From the NCBI RefSeq assembly GCF_006345805.1, contig NC_043012.1:6138001-6202000 (forward strand): 64,000 nt of DNA. Direction: 5' to 3'. This document shows, piece after piece, positions 1 to 12,571 of this stretch; position 1 is the stretch's first letter; every line of letters starts with the position of its first letter. The position numbers and the translations under genes are program-made. The notes under the pieces are model-generated. The model was not told the origin of the DNA. It searched no databases and saw only the letters and a list, made by a program, of their open reading frames with translations. The stretch comes from Octopus sinensis (lineage: Eukaryota).

Positions 1-420
1 ATGATGGAAGGGGCCAAAACACCCACGGAGGGGTGCTTCACTGCCTCATGAAACCTCAACTCTTGCATTCATAGACGGAGTACAACATCACCCTCAGCAC
101 AACACAAGTGTCTACCCTAAATGAGTGTGTATGTGTGTGTGTGTGTGTGTGTGTGTCTGCATGTGTTTCGCCTGTTTCTATCTGAACAAAACTGCATCAG
201 TGTTTACATTCCTTCTTGATATTACATCAAGCTTTTGCTCCTTTGAAGACCCATGGAATATATAAATCCATTACCTGAAAAACAGGTGAAGATTAAGTGG
301 TAGAAAGAATATCTGGTCATAAAATCTTGCCTTAAAGTCAGTTCCCTTCCAAACTATGCTAGCATAGAAAATAATGGATGTCAAAGGAATGATCAAATGA
401 TATCTATCTATCTGTCTATC

Positions 421-885
421 GTCAACTTTTTCAAGTATCACTTGAAAAGGAAGGTGAGAGTAGAGAGGCAAGTTTTATCTAGCGAATGTTTCAAAAAAAA
501 AAAAAGATGGGTGACTGTAGCAAGGATTGCACATGTGAATGACAAAGCCACCTTGATCATGATCCTATGAACCTGAAAAAAACAAAAAAAAAGTTAAAAC
601 AAAGAGTTACTCACTTGTAAATAAATATGTTATTATGTAACATTATTGCCCGAGGTTACTGTGGTCTTTTCGTAGGTTTTTCTTTCCACAGATAAACCTC
701 CCCATTTTTTGGGAACTTGTTGTATTACTTCGACTTTTTTTTTTGTATATCCCAAACAATTTCGATCCCTTTTGATCGTTGTCCCTAATTTTGTTTTGTT
801 TTGCCCCCCCCACCTCGTAAAGAAAAACTCTACATTGTATTTGTCCCCTCTATGTTCAGCCCTGTGTGGCCAATAAAGAAAATTA
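421..885 (+). mobile_element. 3' end of a Tx1/L1-like LINE (ORF2 C-terminus plus 3' UTR)
   Basis: Translates to NFFKYHLKRKVRVERQVLSSECFKK-RWVTVARIAHVNDKATLIMIL*, resembling the Tx1/L1 ORF2 C-terminus; T-rich 3' UTR, AATAAA, then (TATC)n. Confidence 0.6.
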
Positions 886-958
886 TCTATCTATCTATCT
901 CTTTCTCCACCTCTCTCTCTCTATCTCTCCTTATCTATCTATCTATCTGTCTCTCCCA

Positions 959-1015
<57 letters not shown>

Positions 1016-1025
1016 CCTATCTATA

Positions 1026-1058
<33 letters not shown>

Positions 1059-1187
1059 CCATCTCTCTCTCTCTATCTATCTATATATCTATCTCTCCTT
1101 ATCTCTATCTATCTATCTATCTGTCTATCTATCCATCTATCCATCTATCTATCTAAATATCTTTCTCTCTGTCTGTCCGTCCGTCCG

Positions 1188-1257
<70 letters not shown>

Positions 1258-1410
1258 CATCCATCCATCCATCCATCCATCCATCTATCTATCTATCTAT
1301 CTATCCATCTTTCTCTCTCCATCTCTCTCACTCTCTCGTCTCTCTCATCCTGTCTCTCTCTCTCTCTATCTTCCTCCTCTCTATATCCGTTTGTTTTTCT
1401 GTCTATATCT
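886..1410. repeat. (TATC)n/(CATC)n/(TC)n compound microsatellite
   Basis: Direct reading; source of the IYLS ORFs. Confidence 0.95.
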
Positions 1411-1679
1411 AATATAATGATTATATAATTGGACTAACCAAACAATCCAGACCACCATCCTCCACCACCACCACCACCACCACCACCACCACCACCACCA
1501 TCCTCCACCTTTACCTCTACAGTTCTACAGTTCTGTCCCATAATCCACCTGTCAGTTAGTCAATCATTAGCCACAACTAGAACATTCTTGATTAGACTAA
1601 TATAATACTTTTGAAAGTCAACAGGAATATTTTAGACACAACGTGTGACAACTAGTTTCACTAATTACTTCTACCATTT

Positions 1680-2780
1680 CTTCCTTCTCTCTCTCTCTCT
1701 CTCTCTCTTCCTCCTTCCATCTCTCTTTCTACTTTTCTTCTTTCTGAGATTCTCTATTCTTCTTTCTTTTTCTCCTTGTTTCTCACTCTCACTCATCCTG
1801 TGACTGTATGTCTGTCCAGCTCTTCATCTGTCTGTCTGTCTTTTCCTCTATGTCTGTTGGTCTGTCTATGTCTGTCTGTTTGTCACTGTTCTTCTGTCTG
1901 TCTTTCTATGTCTCTGTGTCTGTCTTTCTCTCTGTCAGTTTGTCTGTTTGTCTGTCTTTCTCTGTCAGTCTGTCTGTCTCTGCTAGTCTGTATATCTGCC
2001 TGTTTGTCTCTGTTCATCTATCTGCCTTTCCCTCTCTCTCTCTCTCTCTCTCCCCCTCTCCATGTCTCTCTCCTCTCTCTCTCTCTGCTAGTCTGTATGT
2101 CTATTTGCCTGTCTTCGTCCCCTCTTTTTCTCAACCTCATGGTTAATAAAAAAATTGTCTCTTTATATCTCTATCTCTGTCTCTATCTGCCTGTCTCTCC
2201 CTGTCTTTCTCTTTTCTCTCTCCCATGCTTTTCTTTTCTTCATTCTTCCTGTCATCTCTTTCTCTCTTCTGTTTTTTCTTCTTTATCTTTTATCCCCTTT
2301 TAAGCTTCCCTGTACATCTTTTCTTCTCCCTTCCCAACACTTCTCTCTCCTTTCTTCTCTTAGTTTAATTGTTCTTCTATCATTTCTATTTATCATTTTC
2401 TCTATTGTCTCCCCCTAGTTTTTCCTATTTTCACTCTTTTGTCTCTTGTATTCTCTAAACTTCTTCCTCCTCTCTTCCCTAATCATACATCTTCTGCTTA
2501 CTCCAAACTTCTGTATCCTACCTTCTGTAATTAGTTTCTCTTTTCTTCCATATTTATTCACATTTCTTCTCTCTTGTTTTTCATCTTTCTTTTGTAATCT
2601 CTCATCTAACCTCTGTCTCATTTTATAACTTCATTCTTCTTCAGCCTCCTCCTAGCATTTGGCTACCATTTATTGTCTTCTTTGTCTATTCCCATTCCTG
2701 TAATTTACTCTCAGACATCTCCTCCAATCTTCTCTTTTATCTTAGCTTCTGTCTGTTGTTTTCTTTGACTTTTACAATCT
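1680..2780. repeat. Degenerate (TCTG)n/(TC)n polypyrimidine tract
   Basis: About 1.1 kb strongly C/T-biased low-complexity sequence. Confidence 0.9.
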
Positions 2781-4191
2781 ATGTTTTTGTATCTTCTGTT
2801 TTCTAACACTTGCTGTGTGTTGCTGCTTCTCTTCCTTCAAGTATAATGGTGGAATGAATAGAAACATTCGTAGGATGATTTGTTGTAACAATTTTAATAT
2901 TTCTACCATATGACAGCAAAATACCTCCAAGCGAACAATCCTCATTGTATTAAGGTCCACTTTTTTTATGCAAGCATGAGTCAATTGGAATTTGTTGAGG
3001 CACATTTTCTCTGACCGGATGCCTTTCCTGTTGGTAACCCTCCATTGTTCCTAAGTAAGGTAATATTTCCCATGACCGGACCTTCCATGGTTTTGATCAT
3101 GAAAGGTCGAAAATGAAGGACACCATGTGCTTAGCAGTGATAAAAATTTACAACTATCATGCAAAGCCCCCACTCACCTGATAAGCTTCTTTCAGTTTTC
3201 ATCAACAAATCTACTCACAAGGGTTTGATTGGTTTAGAACTGTAGCATAAGACACTTGCCCAAGATACACACAATGACTCTGAACCCCAAAACCATGTGG
3301 TTGGGAAGTAAACCTCTTACCCCACTGTGGCACCTGCATTCTACATAGTAAATAATAAGAGGTTAGGGCCTCACATACGAAATCTAGCAAGATGGTAGAC
3401 TTTCATTAATTTAGATTATCCACAAAATTTGATGATAACTCCCTCTGGGGGTGATTTATAATCTGAAGACAAGTAGGGAAAGTAACTCTAATTAAATAAC
3501 TTGAAATTTTGGAAAATATCCTTATAGCATACAGAATGCACCTTGAAGTATTTCTCTTCATCCTGTAATGATTCAAACCCTAACTGCAAGATACTTGGTT
3601 GGGCATCAAGTGTGAGCCACCACAGTTTCACGTGATTGATTGTTCTATAAATTGACCAATGAACATGAAGCTGTGGCATGATGGGGCTTTTCAGATGTTC
3701 TAGAATTTACCCTTTATTCACCTCATAAAAACCGTTTGGCACCTAACACAGATGACAGAAGACCTCAGGCATCCACACAGATGATTTTGGGTACTCAGAC
3801 AGACTGATACTGAACATTCACACAATATTCCACAAGTAGCTTCTACGGTTTTCTCTCCTCCTGGTCAGCAAACGTATTTGTAGCGTCCTTCATCGTGAAA
3901 AGCCAACATATAATATGGTGCCTGGCCATAAATATTAAAGCCAAAGTTTCATGAGTTTGTTTCAATTATTACCCACACAGCCAACACAGCCCATGTCACT
4001 ACAGTACAACATCAACAAACATACCAAAGCAATGGTGACAGAGCCATCCCTCATGACAAAGATGAACCAGGCATTCACAATATATTATCATTGACTACCT
4101 CAGCACAAACAACCAAGCAACTACATGACAATCCTTATTGTTGATAATCATTGTCACTACATCTCCTATTTCAATGTATCAAAAGATAAGA

Positions 4192-4397
4192 GGCAGACAC
4201 GTTAGCACGCCGGGTGAAATGCATAGCGGTATTTCATCTGTTTTTATGTTCTGAGTCCAAATTTTGCTGAGGTCGACTTTGTCTTTCATCCTTTCAAGGT
4301 CGATAAATTAAGTACCAGTTGTGTACTGGGGTTGATCTAATCGACTGCCCCCGCTCCACCAAAATTTCAGGCCTTGTGCCTAGAGTAGAAAAGAATG
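4192..4397 (+). mobile_element. tRNA-derived SINE, family A
   Basis: Matches other copies: ggcagaa..gttagcacgccggg..ttctgagttcaaatt..gtcgataaattaagtaccag. Confidence 0.8.
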
Positions 4398-4406
4398 TAT
4401 CACAAG

Positions 4407-4439
<33 letters not shown>

Positions 4440-4473
4440 TGTATGTATGTATGTATGTGTATATATATATATA

Positions 4474-4535
<62 letters not shown>

Positions 4536-4720
4536 TATAAAAAAGATGGAATGTACCAATAAAAAATATTTATATTGCCATATTGCCACAACAATTGTTT
4601 TACCTTCAAGATGCACTGCTAAGTCTTCAAGGTGGTGCTCCAGCATGACTGCAGTCTAATGACTGAAACAAGTAAAAAAACAAAAGTAAAAGATATATAT
4701 ATATATATTATATATATATA

Positions 4721-5110
4721 GGTGTGGCTGTGTGGTAAGAAGCTTGCTTCCCAACCACATGGTTCTGGGTTCAGTCAGACTGCATGGCACCTTGGGCAAG
4801 TGTCTTCTACTATAGCATTGGGCCACACAAAACCTTGTGAGTGGATTTGGTAGACAGAAACTGAAAGAAACCTGTCATATATAGATATATGTATGTATTT
4901 GTGTGTTTGTGTTTGTCTCTCACCATCACTTGACAACCGATGTTGGTGTGTTTACATCCTTGTAACTTAGCGGTTTGGCAAAAGCAACTGATGGAATAAG
5001 TACTGAGCTTACAAAAAATAAGTCCTGGGGTTGATTTGTTTGACTAAAAGTGGTGCTCCAGCATGGCCACAGTCAAAATGACTGAAACAAATAAAAGAGT
5101 AAAAGAATAA
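4721..5110 (+). mobile_element. Bipartite SINE, family B (tRNA/CORE-like head, internal (TA)n(TG)n, tail)
   Basis: Head gtggctgtgtggtaag..ggcaccttgggcaagtg; tail gtgctccagcatggcc..tgactgaaacaa; more than 15 full or partial copies in the window. Confidence 0.85.
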
Positions 5111-5187
5111 AGGAATATATTTGTATGTATGTATATTAATTACAATTGGTCTTTCCAACTTAGTATAATACGCTTTCCTGAAAATAC

Positions 5188-6781
5188 CGGGGTTCAGTAC
5201 TCAGCCCCCTCCTATTTATCATAGTCCTCCAGGCAATAACAGAGGAATTCAAGACAGGTTGCCCCTGGGAGCTCCTCTATGCTGACGACCTCGCTCTAAT
5301 TGCTGAGTCACTATCAGAACTGGAGGAGAAGTTCCAGGTGTGGAAGGAGGGTTTAGAATCGAGGGGCCTTAGAGTCAACCTAGCTAAAACCAAAGTACTA
5401 ATAAGTAGAAAGGTAGGCAATCCACAAATGTCCTCAGGAAGATGGCCCTGCTCGATCTGTAGAAAGGTTAGGTAGAAACTCTGTAAGATGTACCCAGTGT
5501 AAGCTGGGACACATAAGAGGTGCAGCAATGTCAAAGGTAGGCTAACTGGGAAGATAGTTTTTATATGTGGCAGATGCTCGGGAGCATTGACCTCCGAAAA
5601 TCTGCAGAAAACAACTTCCGTCACTTTCCAGGGGGAAAAATTAGAAGTAGTTGATAGCTTCCGTTATCTAGGTGACCAAGTCAGTAGTGGGGGTGGGTGC
5701 GCTGAGAGTGTAACTGCTAGAATAAGAATAGCCTGGGCAAAGTTTAGGGCTCTTACCTCTGCTGGTGACTAAAGGCCTCTCGCTCAGAGTAAAGGGCAGA
5801 CTGTATGATGCATGTGTTCGAACTGCCATGCTACATGGCAGTGAAACATGGGCCATGACTGCTGAGGACATGCGTAAGCTCATGAGGAATGAAGCCAGTA
5901 TGCTTCGATGGATGTGTAATGTCAGTGTACTTACTCGACAGAGCGTTAGTTCCCTGAGAGAAATGTTGTACCTAAGAAGCATCAGTTGTTGCGTGCAAGA
6001 AAGACGATTGCGCTGGTATGGTCATGTGGCGAGAATGGATGAAGATAGGTGTGTGAGAAAGTGCCAATCCTTAGCAGTTGAGGGAACCCGTGGAAGAGGT
6101 AGACCCAGGAAAACCTGGGACGAGGTGTGTAAGCACGACCTTCGAACGTTAGTCTCACCTGGAAATGACTAGAGACCGAAGTATGTTGTGCGAGAGAAGA
6201 CCCGCAAGACTAGTGAAGCCATAACCCGTGGGCCCTACCTGGGACGTAGTCAGTCCACCTGTGCATACCTTCCTGCTTGACACTTGTGAAGACCTGTTGA
6301 GGCAAATCAAATCAAAGTCAAATTGAATCAAGTCAAACCAAATCAAAATAGATGAACATCAATGAATTTGTATCCTTGTGGTACCAGTGCCGGTGGCACA
6401 TAAGAAAACCATCCGAACGGGACCGTAGCCAGTACCGCATCGACTGGCCTCCGTGCCGTGGGCACGTAACAAACACCATCCGATCGTAGCCGTTCGCCAG
6501 CCTCGTCTGGCACCTGTGTCGGTGGCACATAAGAAAAACACCGAAAACACCATATCCGAGCGTGGCCGTCTGCCAGCCTTGTCTGGCACCTGTGTCGGTG
6601 GCACATAAAATCACCCACTACACTCTCGGAGTGGTTGGCGTTAGGAAGGGCATCCAGCTGTAGAAACACTGCCAGATCTGACTGGCCTGGTGTAGCCTTC
6701 GGGCTTGCCAGACCCCAGTTGAACCGTCCAACCCATGCTAGCATGGAAAACGGACGTTAAACGATGATGATGATGATGATG
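5188..6781 (+). mobile_element. 5'-truncated RTE-clade LINE: frameshifted reverse transcriptase C-half, 3' UTR with hairpin repeats, (GAT)n tail
   Basis: GSVLSPLLF (5191), LLYADD (YADD 5278-5289), KTK, FRYLG, RRLRWYGHVARM, GRGRPRKTW motifs; ends ggacgttaaacgatgatgat. Confidence 0.93.
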
Positions 6782-6812
6782 AGATCAAACTGCTTTCACT
6801 AGGTAGCTTTAG

Positions 6813-7019
6813 CCCTTTTGTTACCAACCCAGCTGAAACCAACTCTGTCTCTGAGTACAAATATCTTGTTTCCATAAGTTCTGAATAAAAATCTTCTACC
6901 AAACCTTAGTCACAATTTATGTTCCTAACACTAGCTAAGTTATTTTACTAAATTCTTTGTTATATTTAAAGTAATTGAAAGAAACAGAGCATCTCAAAAT
7001 AACTACAGTAACGAAAGAG
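6813..7019. mobile_element. piggyBac-type MITE, family 1
   Basis: TIR ccctttYgttac...gtaacgaaagRg with TTAA or TTAG flanks. Confidence 0.8.
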
Positions 7020-7197
7020 TTAAAGTATCTCATGTTGGCCCATTAAAATAGTACAATGTGATTTGAGGGAGATTTGACTGCTATTTCTTGCAAATCAAGC
7101 AACTATTTAAAGGATCTCATGCTGGCCCATTAAAATCATACAATGTCATTTGAGGGAGATTTGACTGCTATTTCTTGCAAGTCAAGCGACTATTTAA

Positions 7198-7392
7198 CCT
7201 TTTCGTTACCAACCCGGCTGAAACCAGCTCTGGCTCTGAGTACAAATGTCTTGTTTTCATAACTTTTAAATTAAAATCTTAGTCACAATTTATGTTCCTA
7301 ACACTTATTAAATTATTTTACTAAATTCTTTGTTATATTTAAAATAATTGAAAGAAACAGAGCATCTCAAAATAAATACAGTAACGAAAGAG
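7198..7392. mobile_element. piggyBac-type MITE, family 1
   Basis: TTAA at 7194-7197 and 7393-7396; same internal sequence as 6813-7019. Confidence 0.82.
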
Positions 7393-7856
7393 TTAAAGAC
7401 CAGATCCACTCCTATTCTTAATTTTTTTTTATATGTTTCCTTAAATTTCAATCATCATATTTACCAGCATTGAGGACACTCCGACCTCAAAGACACACCT
7501 CACTTTTGATTTGCAAAGTTTTGAAAAGAAAGACAAACAGAAAAGCAAGGTCACAGCATTTTCACATACTTTACATGATGTTTTCTCAGTGGCTTAGCAA
7601 CATTATAGATCGTGTTGAGTAAATTCTCTTTTCCTTTTACAGTACACAGACATTGTAGCTTTTGCATAGATAACCTTATTCTGGGGGTTAAAATTAACAT
7701 AAGAAAAGTGTAACATGTAACCTTTGTTCTCTAAATTGCCAGTAAATTTTTCAAGACATATTTTAAGATGATGTCCTCCATGCTGGAAACTATGGTAATT
7801 GAGTTGATTTATAGGAGTTATTTCCCTTAGTTTTTTTTTTTGTTTTTAGATTTTAA

Positions 7857-8494
7857 CCCTTCAGCATTTAAACTGGCTGTATCCAACCTCAAAATATTCT
7901 ATCTGTGTTATGTTCAAACTGGCTGTATCCAGACTCTCACACCTACCCTACAATTTCATTCTAAAAATAAATGATTGAGAGGCTGTGTGGTAAGTAGCTT
8001 GCTAACCAACCACATGGTTCCGGGTCCAGTCCCACTGTGTGGCACCTTGGGCAAGTGTCTTCTACTATAGCCTCGGACCGATCAAAGCCTTGTGAGTGGA
8101 TATGGCAGACAGAAACTGAAAGAAGCCCGTCGTATATTTGTATATATATATATATATGTATATGTGTGTGTGTGTGTTTGTATGTCTGTGTTTGTTCCCA
8201 CCAACATCGCTTGACAACCAATGCTGTTGTGTTTGCGTCATTGTAACTTAGTGGTTCGGCAAAAGCGACCGATAGAATAAGTACTAGGCTTACAAAGAAT
8301 AAGTCCTGGGGTCAATTTGCTCGACTAAAGGCGGTGCTCCAGCATGGCCACAGACAAATGACTGAAACAAGTAAAAGAGTAAGAGTGTAAAGAGTATAAC
8401 ATTGAAATCCCAAAGCTAACATGATTATTCATGATTAATTCAAATCAATTTGAACAAATATTACATTTAGCAGAGTAATCTGGATAGTGAAGGG
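7857..8494. mobile_element. piggyBac-type MITE, family 2, interrupted by a SINE-B (about 7977-8395)
   Basis: ttaa|cccttcagcatttaaa start; the two halves match the reverse complement of 50506-50726. Confidence 0.65.
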
Positions 8495-8620
8495 CTAGAC
8501 CCCAATAACCATGTCAAAGCAGACACTGGAGCACAATACAGTCCTTGGACCCTCTGGATCCTGTCAAGCTGTCCAACCCCTACTAGCATGGACCATGGAT
8601 GTCAAATGACAATGATGATC

Positions 8621-9022
8621 CTTTTATTCTTTTATTTGTTTCAGTCATTTTGACTGCGGTCATGCTGGAGCACCACCTTAAAGGTGTTAGTTGAAGAAAT
8701 CAACCCCAGGACTTATTCTTTGTAAGCCTATTACTTATTCTATTGGTCTTTGCTGAACTGCTAAGTTATGGGGACATAAACACACCAACATCAGTTGTCA
8801 ATGATGGTGGGGTGGGGGACAAACACACACACACACAAATATATATACACGCATATATATATGACAGGCTTCTTCCAGTTTCCATCTACCAAATCCACTC
8901 AATGATTTGGTCGGCTCAAGGCTATAGTAGAAGACACTTGCCCAGGGTGCCACACAGTGACACTGAACCTGGAACCATGTGGTTGGGTAGCAAGCTTCTT
9001 ACCACACAGCCATGCTTGTGCC
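8621..9022 (-). mobile_element. SINE family B
   Basis: Reverse complement of family B head and tail. Confidence 0.85.
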
Positions 9023-9419
9023 GATGATGATGATGATGATGGGATAGGAGAGTTCATCTGCTAATCTCTTATGACCTTTGTCCAAATAAAGACTAGAACT
9101 CACAACATGCTAAGCTTACTGGTGAGCTGCACATACTGCATAATTGATTAAATAGGCTCCAAAGAGGCTAGTGTTCATCTCTGTTGACAAGACATATATT
9201 AAAGTGATAGCATGTTGTCAACTTAATGTGACAGTCCCATGAAAGGGAAGAATGCTATTGTTATTTAGCCCCAGGAAACATTGTTTCCTGTTGGACTTGA
9301 CCCGTTTCCTGTGTCCTTATGTTTTCAAAGTGGAGACAAGAACCTCCACCCAGCAAAGCCAGCATCCAGAGATTAGTTTCAGAGTCATTACTCATCATCA
9401 GTCTGGTGTAGCATGGCTT

Positions 9420-9615
9420 GCATGGAGTGCTGGCAGCATGTAAAAGCACCCACTACACTCTTGGAGTGGTTGGCATTAGGAAGGACATCCAGTTGTTGAA
9501 ACTCTGCCAGATCAGATTGGAGCCTGGTGTAGCCATTTGGCTTGCCAGTCCTCAGCCAAACTGTCCAACCCATGCCAGAATGGAAAGCGGACATTAAACG
9601 ATGATGATGATGATG
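9420..9615 (+). mobile_element. RTE 3' tail fragment
   Basis: agcacccactacactc..gtccaacccatgc..ttaaacgatgatgat, as in 5188-6781. Confidence 0.85.
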
Positions 9616-9627
9616 AAATATATATAT

Positions 9628-9658
<31 letters not shown>

Positions 9659-9881
9659 TTATGTGCATGTGTGTGTGTGTGTTTGTGTGTGTCCCATTCC
9701 CATTGGTTGACAACCGATGTTGGTGTGTTTACGTCCCTGAAACTTAGTGGTTCAGCAAAGAAACTGATAGAATAAATACTAGGCTTACAAAGAATAAGTC
9801 CGGGGGGGCGATTTGTCTGACCAAAAGCAGTGCTCCAGCATGGCTGCAGCCAAATGACTGAATCAAGTAAAAGAATAAAAG

Positions 9882-9934
<53 letters not shown>

Positions 9935-10249
9935 TTACATGATCATGTGATTGACTTAACTATTGAATGTTATTATACATCACTTGTCACAAAGTGCTTC
10001 ACATTGTTTTAGCTTTCAAATTGGGGCAATCTACCAACTAGGGCAAGCAGGCCATTATTCCCCTAGAACATGACACTAGTCCATTGCAGGGTTCCCATTT
10101 GTAGCTGAGTGCAGCGGTGTAAAGTGAAGTGTTTTGCACAAGGGCATAACATACAGATGGGCTGGGAATTGAAACCACAATGTCAAGATTGTGATTACAA
10201 CACACATAACCACTAAGCTATGTACCTTAACATATATGATATATATATA

Positions 10250-10660
10250 TTCTTTTATTCTTTTACTTGTTTCAGTCACTTGACTGTGGCCATGCTGGAG
10301 CACTGTCTTTACTCAAACAAATTGACCCCAGGACTTATTCTTTGCAAGCCTAGTTTTATTTTATTGGTTACTTTTGCCGAACCGCTAAGTTACGGGGACG
10401 TAAACACACCAACATCAGTTATCAAGCAGTGGTGGGGTGTCAAACACAGACACATAAACACTCACACACACACACACATAAACATACACACACATACGAT
10501 GGGCTTCTTTCAGTTTTTGTCTATCAAATCCATTCACAGGGCTTTGGTCAGCCCAAGGCTATAGTAGAAGACACTCGCCCAAGATGTCGCACAGTGGGAC
10601 TGAACCCGGAACCATGTGGTTGGTAAGCAAGCTACTTACCACACACCCACTCCTGCAGCT
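10250..10660 (-). mobile_element. SINE family B
   Basis: Reverse complement of family B. Confidence 0.85.
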
Positions 10661-10984
10661 ACACATAATATATATATATTAAAAAAAAAAAACATAGTTT
10701 CTAAGAATAAGAAAATTCAAAAAGAAATTAGTGCAAAATATCTTTTGGAAATAAGACCAAGAAAAATGTGATGTAAACCAAAGTACTAATAACCAAAGTA
10801 CTAATAACCAAAGTACTAATAACGTCAAATATTTAAAACAATAAAAACAAAACGAAAGAAAAAGAAACAATTTTTTTAGGTTAATTGTTGTTGTTTTTAT
10901 GGTTTCTTCTTTGCTTGGTGGTATTTTTATAGGTTTTCTTTGTTTTTCTTTTAATATGTATTTGATTATTGTGAGAGAATTGTA

Positions 10985-11011
10985 TATTTACCGTGGGAAG
11001 TTATATCTATG

Positions 11012-11094
<83 letters not shown>

Positions 11095-11215
11095 GTCTGT
11101 CTGTCTGTCTATTTATCTATCTGTCTGGGTTTCTATCTATCTATCTATCTATCTATCTATCAATTATCTATCTACCTTCAGTCTGTCTGTCTTTGTGTTT
11201 GTTTATCTACCCGCC

Positions 11216-11262
<47 letters not shown>

Positions 11263-11278
11263 TTGTCTATTTATCTAC

Positions 11279-11320
<42 letters not shown>

Positions 11321-11352
11321 CTATGTAACTATCTATCTATCTATCTCTCTAT
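10985..11352. repeat. (TATC)n/(TGTC)n microsatellite
   Basis: Direct reading. Confidence 0.95.
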
Positions 11353-11984
11353 CTTTGTTCATCATTTTCATGTACACTTTTCCATACCTGCATAGGTCAA
11401 ATGGAATTCATTGACACATATTTTCTGCACTCTGCTGCCCTTGATGCCAGCTCTCACCTGTTTGCAAACGAAGTAATATTTCTCCACAGCTGAACATGCT
11501 ATTCACAAATGGTGAGAAGCAAAGAACTCGAATACAAGCAGTTGGCTTGTGAGATTTTGATGTTCCTTTAAAAGTGTCACATGATATCTAGGAAGCACAA
11601 GGTATGGAAAAGGGGACTTAAAAACGATGATGATAGCATTCCATCTACCATAGTATCATGTGATTGACAGGGCTATGAGATGTTGTTATACATCACTGGT
11701 CACAATGCACTTCACATTATTTTAGCTTTTGAATGATGTCAGCCTGATAGCTAGATGAGTAGGCCAACATTGCCCCTGGTTTGAAGGCTAACCTGTTTAT
11801 AGGTGTTAGGACCGAAGCAACATAAAATGAAGTGTTTTGCCAAGAACACAATGCACTGTCAATCTGGGAATTGAACCGACAATCTCATGATTGTGAGTGT
11901 AAAACACCATATCTCTAAACTACATGCCTTCACACAAACACTACTCTATATATATATATGTATGTATGTATGTATACATATATA

Positions 11985-12571
11985 TTGGGTCATCCCATAA
12001 ATGATACGGTTTTTTAATACTTTTATTTTTCAAAATTAAGGTAAACAAAGTTTTTTTTAAAATCTAAGATATACTCTCCTTCATTTTCTACAATGCTCTC
12101 CCATTTATCTGGTAGACTTTCAAGGCCCCTCTTCCAAAGTTCACTTGTCCGTGACAAAAAGTACTCCTCCAGTACTGTTCTGACCTCATCCACAGAATTC
12201 ATATTTTTTGTCCAAATGATTTTGAAGACTGGGGAATAAATGATAATCAGATGGGGCAATGTCTGGTGAGTGGGGCATTGTTTCCCATTCAAATTTCTCC
12301 AGCCTTTGGAATGTTGTCCTCACTGTGGCCAAGCATTATCCTGATGGAAGAATCCCTTTTGTCTTGAAACCAAAGATTGTCATTTTTCTTCTAGCGCAGG
12401 TGTTGATGAATGGTTGAATGACCAAATGCAAACTTCTCTGCTAATTCCTCAACAGTTACAATGGGATTCTGTTCCACCAGGGTTTGCAGGACGTCCTCAT
12501 CAAGCTCTATAGATCTTCCCAGATGAGGCTTGTCTTCTAGGCTGTAGTTTCTGGCTCAGAATTTCTGGAAC
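11985..12571 (-). mobile_element. Mariner (DD34D) relic A, internally deleted and 5'-truncated, 3' TIR present
   Basis: TA|ttgggtcatcccataaatgat TIR; minus strand encodes the HTH-region VLQTLVEQNPIVTVEELAEK, FHQDNA and DIAPSDYHLF. Confidence 0.88.

Noticed and set aside
801-2628. Long ORFs such as 801-1412 (203 aa) and 1776-2303 (175 aa), and similar IYLS, YI, HT and CV-rich ORFs throughout the window
   Set aside because: They are read-throughs of (TATC)n, (TA)n, (CA)n and CT-rich repeats that lack stop codons; no domain content.
3488-4190. Non-repetitive block with a 63-aa minus-strand ORF
   Set aside because: No recognisable domain or convincing splice-site pair; could be an old TE or non-coding sequence, so no call is made.
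10775-10823. 15-bp unit x3 (aaccaaagtactaat) that shares 18 nt with the RTE ORF at 5387-5404
   Set aside because: A single AT-rich 18-mer match with no flanking homology; plausibly chance in 64 kb.
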